A DNA stretch of 59,439 bases, the filler included, from Platydemus manokwari (taxonomy: Eukaryota), in assembly GCA_037951405.1 (NCBI GenBank). It is 5 parts of 5 records of this genome, joined end to end, with 100 filler letters (N's around TTAATTAATTAA, not from the genome) between each part and the next. Parts side by side here need not be neighbours in the genome. Positions count along the whole stretch, not along the records: positions 1 to 10,307 come from JBBMOY011146771.1; positions 10,408 to 19,868 come from JBBMOY011224543.1; 3 more parts are not named here. The stretch is one strand, 5' to 3'. The notes beneath the pieces are model-generated. The model was not told the origin of the DNA. It ran no database searches and saw only the letters and a program-made list of their open reading frames with translations. How positions within the stretch are numbered: position 1 is the first letter of the stretch; every line of letters begins with the position of its first letter. Position numbers and translations under genes: made by a program. This document shows positions 1 to 11,964 of the stretch, one piece after another.

Positions 1-77
1 CCTATCATAGTTTTGGCCCTCCAAATTTTAAAAAATCAGCAATGTGGCCCTTTGCTGAAAAATTTTGGAGACCCCTG
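1..77. mobile_element. Terminal end of a hAT (Charlie/Buster-type) DNA transposon or MITE, truncated by the window edge
   Basis: The reverse complement of 62-77 reads CAGGGGTCTCCAAAAT, a typical hAT-Buster terminal inverted repeat (TIR). The flanking 8-mer TCTTAAGC has the central TA expected of a Buster target site. Confidence 0.6.
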
Positions 78-577
78 TCTTAAGCAACAACTTTATCATT
101 TTAACCTTAATAGAATAGTTAATAATTTATTTAACCCCTGTAATCAAAATTTATAATTTCATGCACCATTCTTATATTTTTATGTTATGCTTAATAACCT
201 TCAAAAAATTTTTGACTCACATATAATCTATTTTATTTCTTATGGATATACAAATTGAAAAATGTTTAACCCGATTTTATCCTTTAAGTCAGATTTTATT
301 TTGTTTATTTTAGTATTTCTTAAATTTAAAATTTGCTACAACTATTATAATTTTTGTTCATCTTTTCGTGTGATTTTTCTAGCTTTTCAAATTTTAATTT
401 AAGACAAATAAGATCAATATTATTTTTCAATATCAGTGTAATATTAAATCAACAACAATAACAAATCAATACAAAATCAATTTCTTTGTGACAATTAGAA
501 TCAATTAATGAAAACGACGCATATCAATAAATAAACAAGACTGATTAAAAGAATTCCACTTGAAATATTTTCGTATT

Positions 578-1480
578 TTAAGTTTTCGAAGTTTGTGTTG
601 AATCTATGACGTTATGTCGACAGAATAATTTCTTCCGTAAAAATGGGTTGTTAATTACAAGAATGGTGAAATTGGTAATACAATTGAGTAGTGGAATCGA
701 AGAAATGCTGAGATTAGGAACTATTCCCGGCTTGTATAGAAAAATTAAATACGGTGTTAATAATAGGACGTAAGCCATCGAAGTTTCAAAAGAGATCACT
801 GTTAATTTTATTACATTTCTTAATCTTTGACCACCTTTATTGATTTTTTTCTGCTTGTGAGATTTCCAAACGAAAATAATCGATATAATTGCATACACGA
901 CAATAGTGAACCCTCCGAAAATGGAAAAACATACAAGATAATAATAATAAAGTAGAGTAATTGGAACCCAAACGAAAAAAGATTGGCTATATATTATTAT
1001 TAGAACTCTACACGGTATTTCTATTGATGAGTGAATTGCTACTAAATAAAGAAGAAAGGATTTTAAAACTAATTTTCTGTTCCACCAAGAAACTAAAGGC
1101 TTGATGATGACGAGCAATCTGTCTATTGCAAGAATATCAAATATCACCAGTTCTGCTACGTAAATCGACCCATTTGTAAATTGTGTGACATGGAAAAGCG
1201 TCACATTGAATGCGGAATAAAACAGAACCAGCACCAACATCGTAAATTGTACTATGGCTGTCATGAAGTTCGTTACAGTCATAATTCTTCGAATCAACTG
1301 GTAGGTTGATCTTCTACCGAGAATCTGTACATGATATTTGTGAAACCACACTGTTAACAATACATTCAATACGAATCCTATACCGAACAACGGTAGAAAT
1401 ATTGCGAAATGATACCAAGGTATATTAAATGATAGAGCATTGTCACTGGAATTAGTGGTAAAATTAGAAGATCGGTTCAT
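578..1480 (-). CDS. Divergent rhodopsin-like (class A) 7TM GPCR, single coding exon, 300 aa
   Basis: About seven hydrophobic segments, N-terminal N-glycosylation sequons (NRS, NFT, NSS), TM1 Asn (GFVLN), DRY-like AIDRLLVIIKP, TM6 Pro (LTPY), and TM7/helix 8 NCITNFTILVINNPFLRKKL. Confidence 0.85.
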   Translation of the reverse strand: MNRSSNFTTNSSDNALSFNIPWYHFAIFLPLFGIGFVLNVLLTVWFHKYHVQILGRRSTYQLIRRIMTVTNFMTAIVQFTMLVLVLFYSAFNVTLFHVTQFTNGSIYVAELVIFDILAIDRLLVIIKPLVSWWNRKLVLKSFLLYLVAIHSSIEIPCRVLIIIYSQSFFVWVPITLLYYYYLVCFSIFGGFTIVVYAIISIIFVWKSHKQKKINKGGQRLRNVIKLTVISFETSMAYVLLLTPYLIFLYKPGIVPNLSISSIPLLNCITNFTILVINNPFLRKKLFCRHNVIDSTQTSKT

Positions 1481-3229
1481 TTATTAAATGTTCTGGTTTC
1501 ATTGAAAAACTAGAATGTTTTTATATTCAAGCTCACGTGAAATTTATTGGATGAATTTTTGAGGTAGAAAATGCAATGTTTTGTACTTTTTATTTTAATT
1601 CATTTATTTTATTCGTTCGTATTTTTAGAATTTTATCTGGTTAATATTCAATGATTTTTTTAGTTTATTTTTTTCAATTACTGAAGCCTGTTTATCATTA
1701 AATGATTGTGAGCGTTTTGAATCTTTTCCATTACTAACTGCTAATATGTGACCCCTTTAAGTCACCGATGATATTAGAATGATATAAAAATTGTACCGAA
1801 AAATTATAATTGCTTTGTGTGTACTCGTTTCGTCACTCACGATAACACAATATAATTCTAAATATCGATTAATATAATATTTCATTAATATTTCTACATC
1901 CACGTTATATATAATTTATAAAATGATTATAATTAATTATATTATTGTAAATTATTTTTAATTATTGCTTTCGATATTATTTGATTTACCTGAGATCATC
2001 AATCAGAATATTAGTTCTGTTTTCCATCGGATTTGGATTGTTTTTCCAATACCTCAGCTGGAATTCATTTTAAATTTTATAGTAACTCATGCGAAACGGT
2101 AATAATCTTTGAAGGTGGATCTTTGATTTATTTTTGGCTCATTTATTTGTGATACCTACATAATTCGAAAACTTTTGTTCAAATTTTTCAACTGATAGAA
2201 AATAAATAGTTTTATCGAAGGCTTTTTCGTTATTTTATATTTTATTTTTTCCGAAAACCTTACCTTTAAAGCTATAATTCTCTTTCTGATAAATTCGAAC
2301 TCATTACCATTTTACTCACACTTACCATCAATTACCAATCGTGATCCGTTGTAACTATTTTATCCTTTCACATAATATTCTGATTCAATAGATAAAATGT
2401 ATTAGGGTTAATTTAAAGGACATTCGATGAGTAATGTTCGTATTTTTCTAGTTATGAATGTTTCGAGAAATCTAAATCCTTGTTTTAAGCTCGGTTTCAA
2501 ATACAAAAAATTTTTTTCAAGTTTTTGAGTTCACTTTCCACACTATTTTATTGAAACAAATAGATAACGTTTAATTCATTCTTGACTTCGAAGTTTAGTT
2601 ATTGAAAATCCGTCTAAATGGTTTATAAAGGCAATAGTTCGAAAATTTCATGGTGTGGGCAAGAAAATACTGTTGCAATATTCTTTATTGAATTTTTAAT
2701 TAAATATCGGATTTTTATGTGTGGTCAGAGATGTCACCATGGTTACCAATATCCATTTACATAAAATGACAAATTAATATAAGTTACAGCCACCATTTTT
2801 GAATTATTCTGTATTTCGAAATTTCTTTCCACTCAAAATGATGTTTAAAAATGTCCAAATTGCGAAGTTAGACAAATGAGGGGACAAATTTACACCTTAA
2901 ATTTAAATTTTTGAACTTTATCAAATATGTTTACAGCAAAGATTGATCAAGCTTTTACAGTTGTCATTGGCTGGATGATTTTCAATAAAATCTTAATTTA
3001 AGCGATCTCATTGGTATTACCTGCTTTTATAATCTCCAAATGAATCATTAGCACCTTTCTTAGTTGTAATGCCAGCTATAACTAACAAATGTGATTAAAG
3101 TGAGAGAGCTTGTACTTTATATTCATAATCTCATGCAAAACTAAGATTTATTTCACATAAACATAATTTTCTTAGCGATTTTGGGACACATGTCTTCACA
3201 TCAATATACAGTATATACAGTTGCATTCT

Positions 3230-6200
3230 TTCAATGATTCATTCTTCTTCGAGATTCTTTGCTCAGTTTTCTCATGTTTCATTTGATAGATATCTATCAA
3301 TCCGTAGTTGTTATGCTCAGTTGGTTGAAGGCCTTTGTCCATGATGGTGGCTTAAGTTTCCGTTGATAAGTGTGTGATTTGTATGATGCAAAGGCATCTT
3401 TTAATGGTGTTGCAATCAGGAAGCCTACAATGTGTGTAACTTGCGCCTTGTCTAGGCCTTACGTTGTTGAGAACCTTGTTGTTCTTGGGGTCCCATGAGC
3501 CACGTACTTCAATGCAGAGTACACCCAGTGAGGTTTCATATCTGGTCTTTGTTTTGATTTCTGATGAAAATTGATCTGTATTTCTCGTAGTTCAAGGTCC
3601 GGTGTTTTTCGAAGTTTGCAATGGTATCGAAAGGGATCTTCAGATTGATGATGTAAGCTTGTCTTTTTTGTTCCTGATGACTAGATCCGGTCGTGGTTTC
3701 GTAGCGGTGGGCTTGTATGTGTGTCGGTGTCCAGTGCGAGAGATGGTAGATAGCTGCTGTGATGATCTAAGATAATTGAATGTCTCTTCGATGCCAGACC
3801 AGGGACTGCTGGACAATGTATGAAGATATGAGAGTCAGTCTCCGGTTGTGTTTGGCATTTTCGGAATAGTATAGATTTCCCTTATTTGATGAAATATGGG
3901 TTGTAATTGAGCACGAGGAGATTGTTTCTGGCTTGGAGTTCAAAAATCCAAACTTCCGGTGATAGGTAGAAATTTTTGAGCGGTTTCTGCAACAGATGGC
4001 TGGCCGAGAAGCAGTGAACTAATCTTCCTTGTTTCTTTATTTTTTCCCATTCTTGGTAAAAGTGCATGGTTATGGAATCATGTAGTAAGTCTGATAGCTT
4101 TCCTGATTATCAAAATTGAAATGGTATGTCTTGTACGTTGTGCACTGTTAATTTGAACAAGACATCGGCGTGGTGGTTATAAAATTCCATGTCGATTTTA
4201 ACTTTTCTGAGTTTTCTTGAAGCGAACCGAGTTTTGGTCCACCATGTTGCTGCAGATGATGGTTTCTCAGTGGGCAATTTGTCCGATATCCATAATAGCG
4301 CAGTTGGTAAATCTTCCGAGTCTGTCACGCGGTGTTTGACGACGTTAATGATGTGATGTGTGATGAATATTTTGAAGTCGTGATCGGATTCCACCAAATT
4401 TCGTTGGCGTGTATGGGAAGTTGTTGTTGCTAGATTTGGAGCTGTTCATGTTAAGTATTTTTTTGAAGGTTTGACGAATTCTCTTGTCAAAAGATTGCAC
4501 TAATTGTCCGTGTTGGTCTGTTACTAATTGTCTTGAATCCAATTTTGTGGTTTCGACCTGGTGGGTTCTGAGGTTGAGAGGCTATCTTGAGTGTAGGAAA
4601 ATGTTGTAGGCCTGGAACTTCTGCGAAGGATGCAGCCTGGATTCTGCGATCGCTTCGAAGTCGGTGACGATTGATTCCAGCATGTGATCCACTGATGTTT
4701 GTTTTGGAAGTCTAAAAGGCACCCCAAGATATTTGTATAGGTTGTTCGAGTCCACGATTGGTATTGGCTGGTCGAAGATTGTTAGGTCAATACGGTTTCT
4801 GATGTTTTTTATCCGCATTTTTATGTTTTGATGGTGAGTTGGATATCATTTGATTGGTGTGCCAGGTAGTTGGTTCTCCAGAGTTTGCGATGTTGACGAC
4901 GGTCAGTGGTTCCGGTAGGCTTGCAGACGAGCGCAATAGAAAATATATTGATAAACAGAAGAGAGTAATTGACAAAGGGCAACTCTGTTTGACCCCTCGG
5001 TAAATTGGAATTGGCGATGTTTTCAGTGTTCCACATGTGTAAGTTGGTTTGCAGTCCTCATATATGGTTTGAATCATCTTGTTGTAATGAGTATTACATC
5101 TCATCTTGTTGAGGGTAAACCATATGACGTCGTGAGTCAGGCTTGGAAAGACTTCTTTGAAATCAATCCAGCATATATACATGTCTTTGTTGTATTCCTG
5201 TAGCGAAAACGAATAGGCATTGCGTTCAGCACAACCATCCGATGCGAACATCGCTTTTTGATTAGTAGATAGTAGGTTGCTGGCATCGAACATTTGAATA
5301 AGCGAAGGTTGAGTATGGTGGTGAAAATCCAGTAAGAAGAGTCCGTTAGAGCGATTTGCCTCCATAATGTAATGATGTAGGAGGTAGATTGTTTTCCCGG
5401 TTTAATGAGGAGGCTTGTGTTGCACTCTTTCCATTGATTTGATATAGATTTGGTTCGGAGTATTCTTATGAAAAGTGACTGGAGGAAGATGTGCTGTGAA
5501 TCTATTGATTTCCAGTCTTTGTTAGTTGTTCCGTCATTTCAGGGTACTGAATTGGCCAATTTTTTTAATGTGTGTTCAATCTCTGCGAGGGTGATGTCCT
5601 TCAGGTTATAATTGTCCTCGTGTCGCAGGATTGAGTTGAAGTTTGCTGATAGTTTATGTGGTGCCGGTTTCGAATAATGATCAATGATTTCCTTCAAGCT
5701 TGTAGTAGATGGCGGGTTTGTTGATGGCATTATGCTTCTTATTGTCTTTTTGGGCTCCTTTATGATTTGATTACCGAGCTTAAAATTTGAAGTCGATTGA
5801 TCACAGAAATGGAGTACTAATGGTTTAACGACCTTTTTTGGAGCAAATCTGGTTTAATCCGTTGCAGCGATTGCCGTACTAGCGGATGTAAACATTTGTG
5901 TGAGATCAGCTGCTTCATTTTCATTTAGTTTGATAGCTTCCATAAGTATTGGGTTCATTTGAGGAAAATTGGTTGATTGTGATGATATTTTTCGAAGCAG
6001 AATGAGGTTCGAGATTGTTTTATTGATGTCATTTCTGAGTTGAGGTAGCACTGGAGCGAAGAAAACTGATGAGTTGTTTGCGTAGTCCAGTATGTGCTGA
6101 ATGACAAATAGTCCGTAGTCTGGTGAGTTCAGTTGCATTGATAGGTCTTGTAGAGTTGATTGTGTCAAATTGATGGACTCCTTGACGGCTGTTAGATTAT

Positions 6201-7370
6201 AGAGGATGGAGTCCAGCTTGTTCCATGTCGATTTTTGAGCATGAAAGAGGTGCTTCGTTGCCGGGTCAGTAAAGAATGTATTTTGTTTGTTGCGATTCGC
6301 GACGTAAAGGTTCCAATGGGAGTTATTCCAGTGAATTAACCAAAAGGCAAATCTCCAAGTTGCTAGTTTGTGGAAAGGAAATGACTTGTAAAACGAATCA
6401 TAATCGTTGTTCTGATTCGCTTTGGCAGGTTGTGGTTTGATGAAAACGTTGGAGTCCATGCCTGATAGTTTGTTGGTCAGATAGGCACTCGATAGTCATT
6501 GTGATATCAGGTTCTCGGTGGTCAAAAGGAGTACATCGATGTCAGTGGAGTGCGCTGAGCTGGTTGGAAGTGGTTTGTGGCATTGGAAGTGATATTTGAA
6601 ATCTGTTACTGGACCAACGTAGCCACAGTAGCATTGTACTGCGAATTCTGATTGAAGATTGATGTTGTGCGCTTGGTTGAAGTGTTTTGGCACAATAATA
6701 GTGTTGGCAAATGGGAATCGGTATAATTTGAGGCATATATTACATTTTTCGTTTTTTTTCGTCTACCAGAGTCATATAGGCATCAGTATGTGTAGCCCCT
6801 CCTTTTAGTTTCGATAAGCGTTGGTTTAATTCGATTTGGCTTTGAGCGAAGTTTGTTGCGGTTTGTATCGTTGATGAATTTTCAATTTGTAGTGTTTGAT
6901 GATCGTCACAGTCCGATAGAGTACATTGATCCCTCTGAAAATTGTGATAGAATGATATCGTCGATATTGTTATCTATTAATATTTGTCCGAAATCTTTTG
7001 TTTTGTGTTGGGGAGTTCTGACGGTTATCATTTCGATGATTTCTGGTTCGTCTTCTCGGTTTCTAGGCTTATTTGTCCACATTCCTGATTGACTACAGTG
7101 GAAGATTGAACAGCGTTTGGTTGAATGTAAAAATATTTTGCGAAGTTGTTCCGTTTATTAGATATATCTTTGATTTTGTCCATGGCAGTCTAGTAGCAGT
7201 GTTTGCATGAGCATACCAGTAGGGCGGAGATGTTTATAAGTTGATGTGGGAGATCTTCTATTGCTGGTTGGAATTTAATTTTGCACATTACTTCTGTTGC
7301 TTCTTTCGGAGTTGGGTATACTCTGAAATATTTTATCTAATCTTGGTATGTTGTAAGAAACACACTCTTG
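3230..7370 (-). mobile_element. Near-full-length decayed non-LTR retrotransposon of the NeSL/R2 group: ZnF, Ulp1-like protease, reverse transcriptase (RT), CCHC knuckle and restriction-like endonuclease (RLE)
   Basis: Frameshifted minus-strand ORFs in colinear order. Cys/His fingers at 6496-6736; protease-like HWNLYV..TDP..QLNSPDYG at 5854-6459; RT motifs (DGCAERN, WIDFKEVFPSL, RGVKQSCPLS, YKYLGVP) at 4582-5365; knuckle RKCQTQPETDSHIFIHC near 3810-3865; RPDLVIR and LKIPFD near 3625-3695; GSWDPKNN near 3480-3500. GC is elevated versus the flanks. Confidence 0.9.
5854..6459 (-). pseudogene. Ulp1/SENP (peptidase C48)-like domain inside the NeSL-type element, catalytic Cys apparently mutated to Tyr
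   Basis: SHWNLYV (His), FFTDP (Asp) and QLNSPDYGLFV match the HW..D..QxNxxDCG consensus. The Tyr codon TAC at 6115-6117 is one base from TGC. Confidence 0.75.
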
Positions 7371-9085
7371 TGTCTATATATAGAAGTAGCAATTTTTATT
7401 CTAACAATATTTTTTTATCATTCTGGAAAAAGTATAAAACAATAATAAAGTAAAAGAAATAAAATAATTATTATAGCATTTTTGTGTAACGATTATTTGA
7501 ATAATATTTCAAGAGAGAAAACCATTTTAATAAATTCCCTAGTAACTAATAAATTACCCGTATTCAATGGGAAAAAATCACCCTTATCGAAAATAAAATA
7601 AGACAGTTATAAAATACCCGATAAATAAAAATAGTAATTTGCCCCAATATTCTGGCTTGGTGACAAATATAATAAATTTAAACCCAATTGTTCGAAATAT
7701 TGATAACCATTTTCACAGAATGAAACCCCTATATCAAAGACCGGCATTAAAAAAGAAAATCCATTAAAATTAATAAATAAGACCCACATTTTAATGGAAA
7801 TTATCCCTGAATAAAATCAGTACAAATAGGATCATAACATCAATAGCTTTTCCCCAATATTAGAAACCACTAGCTTTAGAGTGTTGTATACGAAGACCAA
7901 ACATTCTAATTCGCAAGCAGTTAAAGCCAGCCAGATTCTCTTCATTACTCTCAGAATTTTATGCCTAGTTATTATTGGAAGATCAATTTAAATATTGATA
8001 TCTGTTCTGAGGAGTCGAAGCCCAAAATAGGAGATTGCAGTAAAATACGATACCTGTAAAATCATTCATCATTTATAATAATCGTATTTTTCCTATTTAT
8101 CTGGTTAAACCCAACGATTTTGCACAATTGATTTTACGCCTCTTGAGAGCATACAAATGAGTTTCTTCCAGAATTGTCGTACAAAGCTTGTCGTTTACAT
8201 GTATAAAAGCAATATTTTATAAAATCACTATATAATAGTAATTCATACATAGGTAATAATTTATTTATTAATAAAAGTTTATTCAGCACGAAATCTAGTT
8301 TTGAATTGACAAGTGCCCTAAGGAGTCATTTTATTGTTAATAACAATATCATTTCCTTGTCAGAATCAGTACCTTTTTGTAAGATGCAAAAGAAGCATAA
8401 CGGGGCTGATATTTTAGTAAATAACCTTAGGACAACAGAAACAATATCTAGAGCCGCTAATCGTGTTTTCATACAAGGATCAGAGTCGATTGAGGCGAAG
8501 GAACAACAAAATATTAGGTTTAGTAGTTAACTAGGGGTTGCGAAAAATCCAATATATATTCTTACATGTTCATTTATAGAATGATCTGATATCTTTCATA
8601 TCAGATGATTTCAATCAATTATTTGTTGGTACAGATTTGAAGGAACAGTTGAATATATAGCTTGATTGAGCTCTTGCATCATGGAGTTTCTGTTAATCAA
8701 AACTGGATGAGATCTAAACACACAGTTTTTGTGAGAAATATTTGATTTCTTATATTCAAACCTTTCGTAATTATTTAAAAATATTAACCAGGCTTAATTA
8801 TAATATAATGAGATTCTTATAACGAACGAATCGATTAATGATATTCGTTGAATGAGAGTAATGTTATCATCAATTTAGTTATTCAAAATCAAAACATTCT
8901 GAGTGGTTTTTCAGTGACTTTTCAATTACATTATGACGTATAGCTCTGTTTTTGAAAGTAAATTTTCTCAATTTCAAAAACTCACGTCAACCAAATAAAT
9001 CAAAACATTGAATAATCTCGCAAAAATTTGAAAATAAATGCAATGATTTTAAAATTTTGATGTTAATTTTGAAATATTAATTTAA

Positions 9086-9364
9086 CACGTTGACGGACAC
9101 TTGCGTCTATAACCGTCAAACAGAAGTTCACTATGTGGCATGACGGCAATAGCCGTCTAAAACGAAACGGTCTTTTTTGGACAATGCAGCTATAGCGGCA
9201 CAAATGTGCATTTACCGGCGTACAAATAGAACACTAGTGTCATGTTTGAGAAACAATTTTTTCGGTTGACTTTTGTTTTCCACCTATTACACGTCTTGCA
9301 GCTTAAGCACGCACATATAATGTTAAATTTCGAACTTCATCTGTTCCTACTGTCCGTCAGGGTG
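9086..9364. mobile_element. piggyBac-type MITE (about 280 bp)
   Basis: TTAA|CACGTTGACGGACA at left and TGTCCGTCAGGGTG|ATAA at right form an imperfect TIR pair with TTAA and a degenerate ATAA target duplication. No ORF. Confidence 0.7.
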
Positions 9365-10307
9365 ATAAAATATTTTATAAATCCTATTTCATATAGAGAA
9401 AAATATTAATTCGTTGAAATAATAATCGTTAAGTGCTGTTTTAAAACATTAGCGGCTTACAATAAACAAATTCTTGAAATATTTCTCTATGATTAAACTT
9501 TATAAGTTTTTAATAAAATTTTGGGCTTGTATCAACATCGATTCTGACTAAAATAATTCGAATTATAAAAATATTTAAAATAAAACAATTTTTCTAATAA
9601 TTTATTTAATTAACTTCAATTAATTAAGCAAATTTATATTAATAAATTTTTAAAAGATACTTATTAGATACTTTTTGCTGTATTTTTCTCTCATTTAGAA
9701 ATCCCACGTGGTTGACTTGAAAACATTTTACTATTTTTAGTTCATCTTTATGTATCGATATCAGATTTTTAAAACACGAAATAGAAGCTTGGAAATCCAT
9801 GTAAATTCTTAAATTTCAATTTTATTCATTCATAACATTTTTGTAATCTCTTTTAATCTTTCTCAGTTTCCTTGTTTTATCTCTTATAGAATGAATACAT
9901 TGATATTATTTAATTTTATCCCATTCATTAAATATTTGATAATCATCCTTAAGCTTGTAATGTGCTTGAGAATTCATGAAAATATTATTTTAAATACATT
10001 TGGATAAATTTTAAATTAATCTTGAGTAATATATTATTACTATTACTATTATTATTATTATTATTAAACAAGCCAAAGATGGTTTCAAGTGATTTAAAGA
10101 AACATGTAGTGGTTCCTGGTTTCACAAAGAAGCACATCACATTCTGGATCCTTTCAAAGTAACTTTTATCAATCTTTGAAAAATGTCAGAACATAAAAAA
10201 AGTGAATTGTATTAATTAAAACTTAATAATTATTTCCTAGATGAAATAACTCATAAATTTATCTCTAATATATTTAACGGTAATTGTCACATTAAATACG
10301 TACATTA

Positions 10308-10407
10308 NNNNNNNNNNNNNNNNNNNNNNNNNNNNNNNNNNNNNNNNNNNNTTAATTAATTAANNNNNNNNNNNNNNNNNNNNNNNNNNNNNNNNNNNNN
10401 NNNNNNN
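10308..10407. other. Assembly gap with artificial six-frame-stop linker (44N-TTAATTAATTAA-44N)
   Basis: The same 100-bp construct recurs at 19869-19968, 31016-31115 and 47022-47121. Confidence 0.97.
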
Positions 10408-10463
<56 letters not shown>

Positions 10464-10484
10464 CCTACCTACCTACCTACCTAC
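10408..10484. repeat. (TCTA)n-(CCTA)n compound microsatellite abutting the gap
   Basis: Directly visible tetranucleotide repeat. Confidence 0.95.
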
Positions 10485-11527
10485 GTATATTGAAGCTTCT
10501 ATTGAAGTTACAGTTGTTATTTGTATATAAGATTGTTTATTTGTGGTTTCCATACTGAGTGATATGAGTGCTCGATATCTATAAATATATGAGACAAAAC
10601 TCTCAAATTTCTTTTTAAGACGAAATTTTAAAATTTCATAAAATGAATAATAATAGTGCAATTTATACTGTAATGTGTCGGTCATTGTTATATATGAGAT
10701 TATGATGATTAAATTAGACGTATTTTGCATATTTTTCTTAACATTGATTCTGTAAATTGCTAAGTTGTTTCATCATTATAATTTTCATTCATTAAATTAA
10801 TATTCTACATTTTATTCTTAATGCTAACACAACAAAATATGTTGTTAATTTGAATTTTCATTTTATTTTATTAAATAGCAAAGCAATATTATTGATATAA
10901 AGTGATATCTCTATTATTTATAAATAAAAATACGAAAATGTTATTCAAATTGAATGATATCGAACTCAAGTAAATCGATGTTGAATCTTGATTATTTAAA
11001 TTGAAATTATTGATGGATGAAAGCATTTTCACTTTGAAATAAACAAATGATATTTCCTGGTGACATGAACTGATATTTCAATGATTTTCAAATATCCGAT
11101 AATTTGTACACATGTTTGTTTTCATTATGCTTGTGATACATAAATAAACTTATTAATCACTAATATTATTTCAATGTTTTATGAAAAGCTATTTCAAATA
11201 ATTGCATAAGATTGTAAAATTGATGCCAACTATAAAGGATAATAAATTATTTTTATTATTTTCAATATTTTTAATACGTGAATCAAGTATATGGAAATGA
11301 TAAACTTTGAATTGGGACTAATTTAACGGGATTACCATCTAGAATATTGATATTTGAATTCATTGAAATGATAAACATGATATAGACTTACACCAATTAA
11401 CTTGGATTGTTGTTTATATACTTTGAATATTTTTATTTATTTATATATTTACATTTTATTATTATTTATTTGATTGGGTTTTTTGTGAGTAGAATTGTGA
11501 ATTATTTTCATAAATCGTTATGTTTAG

Positions 11528-11964
11528 ATAAAATCTTTCCTTCACTAAAATCTTCTCCTATCCCACAAAAATCTGTTTTATCCGGTATCAAGGTTGTCGT
11601 TGGTGATACGTATAAGAAATTGGTTAATGATCCTGCTACAGAAGCATTAATTCTTCTTTATAAAAGCCCGTGTGAAAAATGTAAAGCTTCAAGAAGTGTT
11701 TTGTCGAAGATGGCATTGGAATCAAAAGGAAAATCACTGGATTTCTTTTCGATGGATTTGAGTCAGAATGATTTACCGCCCATCGATGGGTTGGAAAATA
11801 TTGATTCGCAGCCTAGTTTATATTTGGTTTTGGATAAACCAGATTTAGATTCGAAAAGTTTATTGAGAAAGAAAATGATAAAATATTCGGGAGATCAGTT
11901 GAATGAATCGGAAATTCGATCATTTATTATTAAAAACACGAACATTGCTAAGGATGAACTATGA
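11528..11964 (+). CDS. Terminal exon of a divergent protein disulfide isomerase family gene (x-linker plus thioredoxin a' domain, C-terminal KDEL)
   Basis: After acceptor TTTAG (ends 11527): KIFPSLKSSPIP..IKVVVGDTYKKLVND..LLYKSPCEKCK..MDLSQNDLP...KDEL*, which follows the PDI pattern KSEPIP/VKVVVG/YAPWCGHCK/MDATANDVP. A candidate upstream exon at about 10073-10158 (KKHVVVPGFTKKHITFWIL) resembles the end of a b' domain. The splice phase across the gap is unresolved. Confidence 0.85.

Noticed and set aside
10352-10363. Recurring TTAATTAATTAA palindrome (also 19913, 31060, 47066)
   Set aside because: Always centred in an identical 44N+12+44N gap, so it is an artificial scaffolding linker with stops in all six frames.
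11407-11527. Hydrophobic N-terminus of ORF 11407-11964 as a signal or TM segment
   Set aside because: It has a TTG start and AT-rich low-complexity sequence upstream of a splice acceptor, so it is most likely intronic.
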